DNA of 64,000 nt from an archaeon (GTDB taxonomy: Archaea; Nanobdellota; Nanobdellia; Woesearchaeales; UBA9642): positions 203,878 to 267,877 of the forward strand of contig JAGVGF010000002.1 of NCBI GenBank assembly GCA_020057295.1, read 5' to 3'. Positions within the stretch are counted from its first letter, which is position 1. Every line of letters begins with the position of its first letter. Under the pieces are notes generated by a model, which searched no databases, had not been told where the DNA came from, and saw only the letters and a list, made by a program, of their open reading frames with translations. The translations under genes and the position numbers were made by a program. Of this stretch, positions 28,416 through 37,462 are shown in pieces.

Positions 28416-28847
28416 ATGATGGTGGTAGATGCAACAACAATAATTCTTACAGCAGTCTGTACAGGAATAGGTATTCCTATCGGAAATGCTATTTATGAAA
28501 TGTTTTTAAAAGACTATTTTAAAAAAATAAAAGCTCATAACAAAAAACTAAATAAGTTGAAAGATAAATTAAAAAGCAGATTGTTACACTATAAAAGACC
28601 TTGGGTAGCATTATTATTAAATTTATTTCTTTGGGGTATTGGATATTTCTATGTCAAAAGAAAAAGATTATTGGGAGCATTATTATTGTTAGTCCAAATA
28701 TTTGTCGTCGGAGGATTCGCCTTCGGACAAGGAAGTGTAAAGAATATTTTTGAAGGCATAAGCAGTGGATTTTTAACAATAATAGTTGCAATATATCTTG
28801 GTGTGGATGCGTATCATCTTGCGCAAGAAGTAAATAAAGAGAAGTGA
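28416..28847 (+). CDS. Hypothetical membrane protein
   Basis: K.PWVALLL..F.WG.GYFYV motif, several TM segments. Confidence 0.65.
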   Translation: MMVVDATTIILTAVCTGIGIPIGNAIYEMFLKDYFKKIKAHNKKLNKLKDKLKSRLLHYKRPWVALLLNLFLWGIGYFYVKRKRLLGALLLLVQIFVVGGFAFGQGSVKNIFEGISSGFLTIIVAIYLGVDAYHLAQEVNKEK

Positions 28848-28911
28848 AAATAACTAGAAATTATTCTTTTTTTAATATTTTATTTTGTTCTTCTACATTA
28901 CTTATTTTCTT

Positions 28912-29415
28912 CTATTTTATTTTGCTCTCCATTTTATGTTTTTCATCGACGGCACAAAGTTGTTCATAAATATTTTCTATCAAATCATAATTCTTTGATT
29001 CTTCTAGTGTTACCCATGCATGATCTATTAGTTCATCTTTTTGTTTTAATTCTACCCTGCCTGAATCGTAATCTGCATGTAAACTAACAATTATCGTCGA
29101 GAAGCCGCTTGGTCTGATAAATATTAAACTAGACACGTATCCTATGTTCTTAATTTTTATATTTGTTTCTTCAAAAATTTCTTTCTCAAGAATTTTTTCA
29201 AATATATTTAGCCAGTGATCTTTTGTATCTTTGTGTGTGTTAATAAAATCTTTTTGTTCTATTTTTCCTCCTGGAACACACCATTTTAGAGGAAATGCTT
29301 TTTCTTCAGGACTACGTTTACATATTAGATATTTATTTTTATTATTTTCTTTCTTATATATTATTCCTGTTATTGCAACATAATTTGTTTTTTGTTTTAT
29401 TTCTTCTATTTCCAT
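28912..29415 (-). CDS. NUDIX hydrolase
   Basis: W.VPGGKIE...EIFEET. Confidence 0.85.
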   Translation of the reverse strand: MEIEEIKQKTNYVAITGIIYKKENNKNKYLICKRSPEEKAFPLKWCVPGGKIEQKDFINTHKDTKDHWLNIFEKILEKEIFEETNIKIKNIGYVSSLIFIRPSGFSTIIVSLHADYDSGRVELKQKDELIDHAWVTLEESKNYDLIENIYEQLCAVDEKHKMESKIK

Positions 29416-29502
29416 TTTTACCCCCGTCGATAAAATCTTTTTGTGATTGTTGTGTTGTTGTTGTCTTATTGTTGTTATTTTTACACAATATTTAAATAAT
29501 TC

Positions 29503-29518
29503 CTCGAATTAATTCGAG
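29503..29518. promoter_or_regulatory. Perfect 16-bp palindrome CTCGAATTAATTCGAG, candidate operator
   Basis: Lies between TTTAAATA (29491) and the start of the HTH-NUDIX gene. Confidence 0.6.
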
Positions 29519-29539
29519 TAAGTACAATTAAGGTGTGAA

Positions 29540-30244
29540 ATGCAAAAAATGCTTAGTAAAAAAGAACGTAACGAAATATTCAAATTGTTTTTAGAGAATA
29601 ATAAATTAAAATTTAATGAGATAGAAAAGGTTTTGAAAATTCGTTCTAATATGGTTTCTTATCATCTGACTAGCATGGTAAAGGATGGTTTATTGACTAA
29701 AAAAAGTGAATATTATATTCTTACAAAAAATTCTGAGAAATACATCCCGTTATTTTCCGAGGTGTCAGATTCCGATGTCGGCCCATTGCCTGTGATTCTC
29801 GTCGCTGTAATGCATAAAGATAAGATACTGCTTGTTAAAAGAAATAAACGTCCGTATAAAGATTATTGGTCTATGGTTGGTGGAAAATTATTATTACATG
29901 AGGATGTTAAGAGCGCAAGTATAAGAAAAGTCGTACAGAAAACTAATTTAGATGTGGAGTTTATTTCTTTAAATAATATTTTACATGAACATGTTGAAGG
30001 TGAAGGTATTATTAAACACAGTTTTATATTGCTATTCACTAAAGTTCGTTCTAAGAGTTTAAAATTTGGTGAAAGTAAGGCTGGAGCATTAAAATGGTTT
30101 GATCTAAAAAAACTTGACAAAATACAAATTATTCCTTCTGATTATTGGTTAATAAAAAATTCTTTAAACAAAAAGATTAATGTCCCTCGAATGTATATGT
30201 GTGAACGTGACGGCGTAATAGAATCACACAAGATTATTAAATAA
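29540..30244 (+). CDS. wHTH + degenerate NUDIX regulator (NrtR-like, reversed domain order)
   Basis: KFNEI....SN.VSYHL..M...G HTH; WSMVGGK...RKVVQKT Nudix box lacking Glu residues. Confidence 0.8.
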   Translation: MQKMLSKKERNEIFKLFLENNKLKFNEIEKVLKIRSNMVSYHLTSMVKDGLLTKKSEYYILTKNSEKYIPLFSEVSDSDVGPLPVILVAVMHKDKILLVKRNKRPYKDYWSMVGGKLLLHEDVKSASIRKVVQKTNLDVEFISLNNILHEHVEGEGIIKHSFILLFTKVRSKSLKFGESKAGALKWFDLKKLDKIQIIPSDYWLIKNSLNKKINVPRMYMCERDGVIESHKIIK

Positions 30245-30299
30245 TATACCACTTAAAGGTAATGACAATCTTTTTAAACACTATTATTTTTCTTTCGGT

Positions 30300-31481
30300 A
30301 TGGCTATAACGCCAGTAACATTTTCAAATGATAGACTTATAAATTTATGTTCGGCTTGCGATATTTCCGAGCTTGAATTAGCTATAGCTTCAAACCATTC
30401 CACTTTTGAATCTCAAATTTTTTCCGTAGCTGAACTATATCTAAGAAAAAGTATAGCTTCAGGAATGGAAAAAAAATGGGCTTTATCAAAAATAACTTAT
30501 CCAAATCTAGCATTATTGCTCTTCGGAAATGATTCGAACTCAAATACTAGAAAAGCAGGATCAATACTAAGTGATATTTATGAAAAGAGAAAAAAACGAG
30601 TCACAGAAGCTGAATCAGTTGTTTACGATACATTAACAAATATCTCTTTATTCAGACAAGCTATTGGACAAAAAGTGTTTGGCCATAATTTCAAACTAAA
30701 TATGTTAGTTCCAGAAAAAAATCCTTTTAATTACTTGTTGAACTCTGCAGAACAACGCGCTGGATTAAAAATTCCTGTATATCTTAATGAAAGAATATTT
30801 TTTCTATTAGGTGTTATGCGTGCTTCGGCTTCTAGGGGAAAAGACTTAAGAATTTCAGGTCAGAACGGTGATGCTGATTTTTATTGTGGTGTTTTAGAAG
30901 ATATTATTCAAGAAAATTTTAATATTTTACCAAGAACGGCAATACTTCCTCACGAATACCATTCCGCTAAGAAAGGCGCTTACGTGCTTAATGATGTATC
31001 TATGAGTTTTAACTGGTGTTCCGTCAAAAAATATGTGAATGATTTTTTTAACGTTTTTTCTAAAGATGGATTAGAAATACCTAAATTTGTTCCTGAAAGC
31101 CATGTTGCGGATATGTCTCTCGCTTATTTTATGGGGATGCTCGCTGGAGGTTCTAGTGTTAGTGTTTATCAAGAAAAAGCAAAGCCACATCAATTCCGCT
31201 CACCAAAATTAATACTTGAGTTCCATGACAAGGATGGTAAATACTTGTCTGAAATATTAAGAATTAACAAAGAGCAAGGATATATGTTAGATTTTAAAGA
31301 TAACGTTGCTAGGCCATCATTTAGATATTTGAATAAGAGAGATGTAATTAGATTGACGGAATGGAAAGTCCCATTTTATATATCGGATACGCAAGTAGGA
31401 ATGTTTGTTAATAACAGACAATTATCTAAATTGTTTTCTAATGGACTTATAACTTCAACAGTTCCAGGGTATCAGACTTAG
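30300..31481 (+). CDS. Degenerate double-LAGLIDADG domain protein
   Basis: IP..LNE..FFLLGVMRASAS and IP.F......AYFMGMLAGGSSV mirror the two LAGLIDADG helices without acidic residues. Confidence 0.5.
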   Translation: MAITPVTFSNDRLINLCSACDISELELAIASNHSTFESQIFSVAELYLRKSIASGMEKKWALSKITYPNLALLLFGNDSNSNTRKAGSILSDIYEKRKKRVTEAESVVYDTLTNISLFRQAIGQKVFGHNFKLNMLVPEKNPFNYLLNSAEQRAGLKIPVYLNERIFFLLGVMRASASRGKDLRISGQNGDADFYCGVLEDIIQENFNILPRTAILPHEYHSAKKGAYVLNDVSMSFNWCSVKKYVNDFFNVFSKDGLEIPKFVPESHVADMSLAYFMGMLAGGSSVSVYQEKAKPHQFRSPKLILEFHDKDGKYLSEILRINKEQGYMLDFKDNVARPSFRYLNKRDVIRLTEWKVPFYISDTQVGMFVNNRQLSKLFSNGLITSTVPGYQT

Positions 31482-31598
31482 CACGATTGTGCTCCACTAG
31501 ACACACTGGACTTTCTGAAACAGGGTATATAAATAACTAATTCTATTAAAATCTTATCGAGAAAAATTGATTTTATTTGTTGTGTGTAAGGAGGAAAA

Positions 31599-31712
31599 AT
31601 GGTTGTTGACGAATTTATAACTGAACAAAACTTTGTATTTGATGACACAGGATTTGTTGAAGGATTATTCTGGAATCAGATTAATAACTTGACTAGAAAT
31701 ACCAAGGGGTGA
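31599..31712 (+). CDS. 37-aa microprotein MVVDEFITEQNFVFDDTGFVEGLFWNQINNLTRNTKG
   Basis: AGGAGG SD, upstream TATATAAA; translated by hand. Confidence 0.5.
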   Translation: MVVDEFITEQNFVFDDTGFVEGLFWNQINNLTRNTKG

Positions 31713-31716
31713 AATC

Positions 31717-31836
31717 ATGAAGAGAAAAAATATTGTAAAATTATTGGAAACGTATGAAGGAAGAGACTTCTTCTATGAACGAGCTAAAAATTGGGAAAAC
31801 AGTTCATTAAACATTAAAGATGAAATGATTGTATAA
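31717..31836 (+). CDS. 39-aa microprotein MKRKNIVKLLETYEGRDFFYERAKNWENSSLNIKDEMIV
   Basis: GGGGTG SD overlapping the previous stop; T-rich tract downstream. Confidence 0.5.
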   Translation: MKRKNIVKLLETYEGRDFFYERAKNWENSSLNIKDEMIV

Positions 31837-31898
31837 GTATATCTTTTTATACTTTCTTTTTACACTAACTTTTTAAACTAAAAAAATATCCTTCTTTT

Positions 31899-32543
31899 AT
31901 GATTGTAATCAACTTTGATGAATACAACATTAATCGTAAAAATATTCTACAAGATCTGCCTACGTCAGTGTTCGTATATCCTACTGATACTATCTACGGT
32001 ATTGGATGTAATGCACTGGATGAAAAGCTAGTTCAAAAAATTAGACAAATAAAAAAAACAGCTCAACCGTTTTCTATTATAGTTCCTAGTAAAGAATGGA
32101 TTTATGAAAATTGTGTTGTTACGGAAGAAGCTGAAGAATGGATTAGGAAACTTCCTGGGCCATATACTTTAATTTTACCTTTAAAAAATCCTAAAGCTGT
32201 AGCTAAAAATGTTTATAATATTAAAGATGGTAATGCAACAATTGGCGTTAGAATGCCTAATCATTGGTTTTTAGCATTATCTTATATTTTGAAGATGCCT
32301 ATAGTTACTACTAGTGCAAATCTTCCTGGTCAAGATTTTATGACTTCACTAGAAGATTTAGATTTAAGTATACGAAATAGTGTTGATTATGTGTTTTATG
32401 ATGGGCCAAAGAGAGGCACTCTTTCGACAATAGTGCATTTAGAAGGGAAAAAAGTAGAATTAACTCCTAGACATGATTTAAAACCTATTCATAAAAAAAT
32501 TCAATTCCCATTAAACGAAATTACTTTAACTAGAAAAAAATAA
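31899..32543 (+). CDS. tsaC: L-threonylcarbamoyladenylate synthase (YrdC/Sua5 domain)
   Basis: YPTDTIYGIGC, PGPYT, GVRMP, TTSAN. Confidence 0.9.
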   Translation: MIVINFDEYNINRKNILQDLPTSVFVYPTDTIYGIGCNALDEKLVQKIRQIKKTAQPFSIIVPSKEWIYENCVVTEEAEEWIRKLPGPYTLILPLKNPKAVAKNVYNIKDGNATIGVRMPNHWFLALSYILKMPIVTTSANLPGQDFMTSLEDLDLSIRNSVDYVFYDGPKRGTLSTIVHLEGKKVELTPRHDLKPIHKKIQFPLNEITLTRKK

Positions 32544-32562
32544 TTCTGACATGTGGTGTTTT

Positions 32563-33213
32563 ATGAAGATATTATCAGCTGGAGACTTACACGGCGATTC
32601 TGGTATAGCCAGAAAATTAGCAGATAAAGCTGTTAAAGAAAATGTTGATTTAGTAATTCTTTGTGGAGATTTAACTCATGGTGAAGAAAAAACAGATAAT
32701 CTTATAGGGCCGTTTGTTAAACAAGGTAAAAGAGTTTTATTAATACCAGGAAATCATGAAAGTGTTGCAACAGCAGATTTTCTTGCTAAAGTTTACGGTG
32801 TAAAAAATATTCACGGTTATGGTATTAAATTATTTGATCCACGAGGTCATAAAGAATCCGGAAAAAATTCTAAAGACAAAAAATATGTTGGATTGTTTGG
32901 ATGTTCTGGAGTAAACCTTGGTATACATCAAATAACTGATAAAGAAGCTTACGACTTGTTAATGAAAGGACATCATTACGTTCAAGATGCTCAATGCAAG
33001 ATAATGGTTTCACATGTTCATCCATCAGGAACAAAAATGGAAAAGTTCACACAATTCTTCGAAGGCTCAAAAGCTATTAGACGCGCAATAGATAAACTTC
33101 AACCAGACATAATGCTTTGTTCTCATGTCCATGAAGCAGAAGGTTTAGAAGAAAAAATAGGAAAAACTCGAGTGATAAATGTTGGTGCTAAAGGAAAGAT
33201 TTTTGAGATATAA
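32563..33213 (+). CDS. Calcineurin-like metallophosphoesterase
   Basis: DLH, GDL, GNHE, SH, HVHE. Confidence 0.9.
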   Translation: MKILSAGDLHGDSGIARKLADKAVKENVDLVILCGDLTHGEEKTDNLIGPFVKQGKRVLLIPGNHESVATADFLAKVYGVKNIHGYGIKLFDPRGHKESGKNSKDKKYVGLFGCSGVNLGIHQITDKEAYDLLMKGHHYVQDAQCKIMVSHVHPSGTKMEKFTQFFEGSKAIRRAIDKLQPDIMLCSHVHEAEGLEEKIGKTRVINVGAKGKIFEI

Positions 33214-33310
33214 AGAATATGCACTTATTGTTTACTTCTTTTTTTATTGTTGATTTATTATTTGCGGAATGACTCGAAAACTTTATATATTGTCTACTCT
33301 GAAGTAGTAT

Positions 33311-33844
33311 GTGACACAAGAAATAGAGAGAAAATATCTTATATGGGAATCCGGAACAAATTATTTTACAGAAGCATTATCGATAATGTATCCTTCAATT
33401 GATGCATTAAAGGATGATGTCACTAATAACGGTGCACCAATAAGACAAGGATATCTTTCACTCACCACGGGACGAGAATTAAGTGATTTAGTAGGTATGA
33501 ATGTCGATTTTATTCCGAGCGAAGCTAGACTGAGAGATAAGAAAAAGAAATTTTATTTTACTATCAAAGGGAGTGGTGGACTAGAGAGAAATGAATTGGA
33601 AGTCGAAATCGAGAGAGAAATTTTTTATCAGTATTGGCCGCAGACTAAAGGGCAAAGGGTTGAGAAAATTAGATTAAGCAGACCATTCGATGGACATACT
33701 TTAGAAATTGATGTGTATACTGATAGAGATTTGATTGTTGCAGAAATAGAGGTTCCTACTCTGGAAGAAGCGGAAAAACTCGAGATTCTAGGAAAAGATG
33801 TAACGACAGATAAAAGATATAAAAATAAGAATCTTGCAAAATAA
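33311..33844 (+). CDS. CYTH domain protein
   Basis: EIERKYL, RQGY, RLR, TIK, R.E.E, EIDVY, AEIE. Confidence 0.88.
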   Translation: MTQEIERKYLIWESGTNYFTEALSIMYPSIDALKDDVTNNGAPIRQGYLSLTTGRELSDLVGMNVDFIPSEARLRDKKKKFYFTIKGSGGLERNELEVEIEREIFYQYWPQTKGQRVEKIRLSRPFDGHTLEIDVYTDRDLIVAEIEVPTLEEAEKLEILGKDVTTDKRYKNKNLAK

Positions 33845-33882
33845 AAATATTTTCTATATTTATATTGTTTGAGCTAAAGCTT

Positions 33883-35304
33883 TTATCCTTTAATCACACC
33901 TAATGGAACTAATCTTGCAACCATGTTTCCTATGCCTATGCCGTGAGAAACGCGTATTACTTCATCAATGTCTTTGTACATTTGCGGAGCTTCTTCTGCT
34001 ATGCCTTTTATTGATCCTGCTTTAACTTCAATGTTCATATTCTTTAGCTGATCAATAATATCTTGACCTTTTAATGTTCTAAGAGCCTCTGATCTTGAAC
34101 CTACACGACCAGCTCCATGAGCTGTACTACCAAAACTGACTTCTTCAGCTTTCTTTGTACCAACTAACACATAACTTGCTGTGCCCATACTTCCTGGAAT
34201 AATTATTGGTTGTCCATAATCTCTATAAATCTCTGGAACTTCAACACGACCAGGCCCAAAACTTCTTGTTGCACCTTTTCTATGAACGCAAACTTTTCTA
34301 CTTTCACCATCTACAATATGTTTCTCAAACTTTCCAATATTGTGACAAACATCATAAACTACATCAATATTATCTTGACTTCCATACAATTTTTCGAATA
34401 TGTTTCTTACATGATACGTTATTAATTGTTTATTGCTGAATGCAAAATTTGCTGCTGCACCCATTGCCTTCAAATATTCTTGTCCTAAGTCAGAATTTAT
34501 TGGTGCATTAATTAATTCTCTATCAGGTAAATCTGCGTGTCCATATTTTTCTTCCATCTTCATTATATAATCTGAAGCAACTTGATGTCCTAATCCTCTT
34601 GATCCACAATGTATCATAACAACTACTTGTCCCGGATGTGTTATTCCAAATGCCTTAGCAATTTTTTCATCATATATTCTATCAACTTTCTGTAATTCTA
34701 AAAAATGATTTCCTGAACCAAGAGTTCCTAACTGTGGAACTCCTCTTAATAATGCTTTTTCTGATATTACTGTAGGATCAGAATCTAATCTTCCATTCTC
34801 TTCAGTTCTATCAATATCTTCAATCTTACCATAACCTTGTTCAATCATATATTTTGCGCCATGATTCATTGTTTCCAAAAGTTGCTGTTTCGAAAATTGT
34901 ATCACACCTTTTCTACCAGTTCCTACAGGAATTTTTTTAAATAATTCATTTAATAATTCCGTTCTATGCTTTAATATTTCGTCAAAATTATAATCAGTTC
35001 TCAAAAGACGGACAGAGCAATTAATATCATAACCAATTCCGCCAGGAGAGATTATTCCTTCATCCATGTCGAAAGCAGCAACGCCGCCTATTGGAAATCC
35101 ATAACCTTCATGACAATCAGGCATTGCAATTGCATTACCAACTATGCCTTTTAAGCATGCAACGTTCATTATTTGATTAAACGTTTTATCACTACGAACT
35201 TTAGACATTAATGCATCTGAAGAATAAATGACTGCAGGAACATTCATCTGTCCATGCTTTTCAATCTTCCAAGTAAACTCGTTTATTTTAGTTGGTTCAA
35301 CCAT
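33883..35304 (-). CDS. rtcB: RNA 3'-phosphate/5'-OH ligase RtcB
   Basis: MPDCHEGYGFPIG, GYDINC, GSGNHF, HCGSRG, HN, HRKGAT, AHGAGR. Confidence 0.97.
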   Translation of the reverse strand: MVEPTKINEFTWKIEKHGQMNVPAVIYSSDALMSKVRSDKTFNQIMNVACLKGIVGNAIAMPDCHEGYGFPIGGVAAFDMDEGIISPGGIGYDINCSVRLLRTDYNFDEILKHRTELLNELFKKIPVGTGRKGVIQFSKQQLLETMNHGAKYMIEQGYGKIEDIDRTEENGRLDSDPTVISEKALLRGVPQLGTLGSGNHFLELQKVDRIYDEKIAKAFGITHPGQVVVMIHCGSRGLGHQVASDYIMKMEEKYGHADLPDRELINAPINSDLGQEYLKAMGAAANFAFSNKQLITYHVRNIFEKLYGSQDNIDVVYDVCHNIGKFEKHIVDGESRKVCVHRKGATRSFGPGRVEVPEIYRDYGQPIIIPGSMGTASYVLVGTKKAEEVSFGSTAHGAGRVGSRSEALRTLKGQDIIDQLKNMNIEVKAGSIKGIAEEAPQMYKDIDEVIRVSHGIGIGNMVARLVPLGVIKG

Positions 35305-35774
35305 TCTTCTAAGAAGAGCCCAGGCTTTAAAAATTTAGTTCTCACGAAACAATCATAGACTTTTGCTGCATCAAATGCGCAATATTTTGGCACAAGAGGA
35401 ATTTCTTCTGCTGCAGTTAATGTTCGATCTATGGCATAATCTGTTCCAGAATGTATCACTTTCGCATTTGGTCCTAATCTGTGATATACTCTGCGCCTAT
35501 TTTGTGGATCAATAACCATTATGTGGTATATTGCTCTTTGTTTTAGACTCGAACTCTCAAACGTGATTACTGAGCTTAATTCTCTTCTAACTTCTGTGAA
35601 ACAGTTAACAATTGGCGCTTTATGAGTACTTATCTTTTCGTCAATATCCACAAGTCCTTGTATATACATTTGCGTTCCAAGACAATTTTTTCCATGAGTA
35701 TCTGATTCCGTTGCAATTTTTACTCTACGTAGAAATTCATCGTACGTAATTATGCTCGGAAGTAGTTCTATCAT
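35283..35774 (-). CDS. Hypothetical protein, possible papain/NlpC-P60-like fold
   Basis: GKNCLG...YHIMV...VYHRLG Cys/His pattern. Confidence 0.5.
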   Translation of the reverse strand: MIELLPSIITYDEFLRRVKIATESDTHGKNCLGTQMYIQGLVDIDEKISTHKAPIVNCFTEVRRELSSVITFESSSLKQRAIYHIMVIDPQNRRRVYHRLGPNAKVIHSGTDYAIDRTLTAAEEIPLVPKYCAFDAAKVYDCFVRTKFLKPGLFLEEWLNQLK

Positions 35775-35828
35775 ATTAGAAAGGAATATTTATCCTAATT
35801 TAAATTTTTCTTATGAATAAACAGTTAT

Positions 35829-36284
35829 TTACAAGTCCACAACAACTTGAACAGTATATTTTCCTTTTTCTTCATCAAATTTTACATACATCTCATTATA
35901 TGTTACTGCCTTAACTTCACCATGACCTTCTAAGTTTATTGCTTGTGTGCCTTCCATTATTGCTTTTAATTTATACATTTCATCAACATGTATTATTTGT
36001 ATCTTTTTAACTACTCCAACAAATAATTCTGCACTCATTAAAAAAATAACTTCTTCAAGAAAATTATATAGTAATGTTTCAAGATTTGTTCCTTCAACAA
36101 TTACATCTCTTTCCTGTTCATCAAATTCATAATCTAGAACTTCTTCTATATTATATATTATACTAATCATAGCTTCCTGAGCATTTTTAAAAGCTTCCTC
36201 TAAAGTGTTACCATAAGCTTGAAATTTTGCATCAGCGGTCTTATCAAAAAATTTATATTTATCAGTTGATTGATTTTCATCCAT
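35829..36284 (-). CDS. Archease
   Basis: D.TAD, G.TLEEAF.NA, VKAVTY, VVVDL. Confidence 0.92.
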   Translation of the reverse strand: MDENQSTDKYKFFDKTADAKFQAYGNTLEEAFKNAQEAMISIIYNIEEVLDYEFDEQERDVIVEGTNLETLLYNFLEEVIFLMSAELFVGVVKKIQIIHVDEMYKLKAIMEGTQAINLEGHGEVKAVTYNEMYVKFDEEKGKYTVQVVVDL

Positions 36285-36318
36285 AACATTAAGAAGAATT
36301 ATAGGTTTAAAAACTTAA

Positions 36319-36801
36319 TCACTCATCTAAGAAATTTTTTGGCAAATATACTATTTCTATGCCTAATTCTTTTGCCATTTGATGCTCCCATGTGGCTCCA
36401 TGACTGGATTCCCATCCATGAATAAAATAGAATTTTTTTATATATCCTGATTTGAATACGTGTGAGTAAAATCCGTCTAGTAGTAATTGATTTTTTTCTT
36501 TTGTGTGTGTGCCTGTAATATTTTTAAGATGTTGAAAACGTTTCTCAAATGGCGTCCAATTAAATATAGAATTTCCCTGATCTGCCAATTTATGTGTAGT
36601 CTTTTCTATTACTTCAAGATTTTTCTGTAATGATCCAAGACCTCCAGTAGATGCTGGCCCGCATACTTCTCCAATGGGTTGAGGCATATCCTTTAGAACG
36701 TCAATAGCAATATCCTTTAAATCGTCATAACTTTTAGCTTCATCTATTGCTTTGTAATGTTCATCCTTATAATGTTTTAGTGAATGATGTTTAACACTCA
36801 T
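36319..36801 (-). CDS. DUF4406 / nucleoside 2-deoxyribosyltransferase-like protein
   Basis: GP.ST, F..GWESS.GA.WE...A.ELG..I.Y. Confidence 0.7.
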   Translation of the reverse strand: MSVKHHSLKHYKDEHYKAIDEAKSYDDLKDIAIDVLKDMPQPIGEVCGPASTGGLGSLQKNLEVIEKTTHKLADQGNSIFNWTPFEKRFQHLKNITGTHTKEKNQLLLDGFYSHVFKSGYIKKFYFIHGWESSHGATWEHQMAKELGIEIVYLPKNFLDE

Positions 36802-36874
36802 GGAACCTTTAAGAACTTAAGTATTATAAAAATTTATTGTTTAAAGTCTTCTAATATCAAGATAAAAAAACTAC

Positions 36875-37393
36875 TTAATATTTTTTAAGTAGATCACCAA
36901 GTGATGCTCCTATGGCACATGGTGCGCTAAGTATTATTACTAAACTTACGAAATATTGTGGCGCTATGATATATTGTAATCCAAAAATGTACGCTATACT
37001 AGATGCTACTAATAGTGCGATAAAGTAGAACATTATTATTCTTTTAATCCAAAACTGTCCAAACTTTCTATTCTTTTTATCAGCAACCTTACTATATCCT
37101 ATAATATATATCTCTAATGTTAACAGTATTAATGTACATGCAACTATAATGTATAAGTGCGGTTCTGGAATGTTTACAGCAATATTTATTGTACCCAAAG
37201 AGAATAGTACGCTAAATCCGAAGAATAACGCCCCTATAAAAGCTCTAACCCAATCTTGTTTAGAAAAGTGATCTGGTGTATGATCGATTAATTTATCTTT
37301 GATACGCTCAACGTCGTTCTTTATTATTTCAGTCTCGAATTTTACAACATCGAGTTCTCTCTTAATCTCGTCGATTTCTCGCAAATCATACAC
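36875..37393 (-). CDS. DUF2391-like membrane protein
   Basis: F...D.VRAFIGAL, KR....Y, AIGA...DL. Confidence 0.65.
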   Translation of the reverse strand: MYDLREIDEIKRELDVVKFETEIIKNDVERIKDKLIDHTPDHFSKQDWVRAFIGALFFGFSVLFSLGTINIAVNIPEPHLYIIVACTLILLTLEIYIIGYSKVADKKNRKFGQFWIKRIIMFYFIALLVASSIAYIFGLQYIIAPQYFVSLVIILSAPCAIGASLGDLLKKY

Positions 37394-37462
37394 CTCTTTC
37401 TAATAATAATATTATAAGTAATTTATATATTTGACGATTAATAATACATCCCACATAATTGA

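Noticed and set aside
31485-31530. ORB-like TCCACTAG...GAAACAGGG
   Set aside because: Single poor match; better explained as small hairpins plus a promoter
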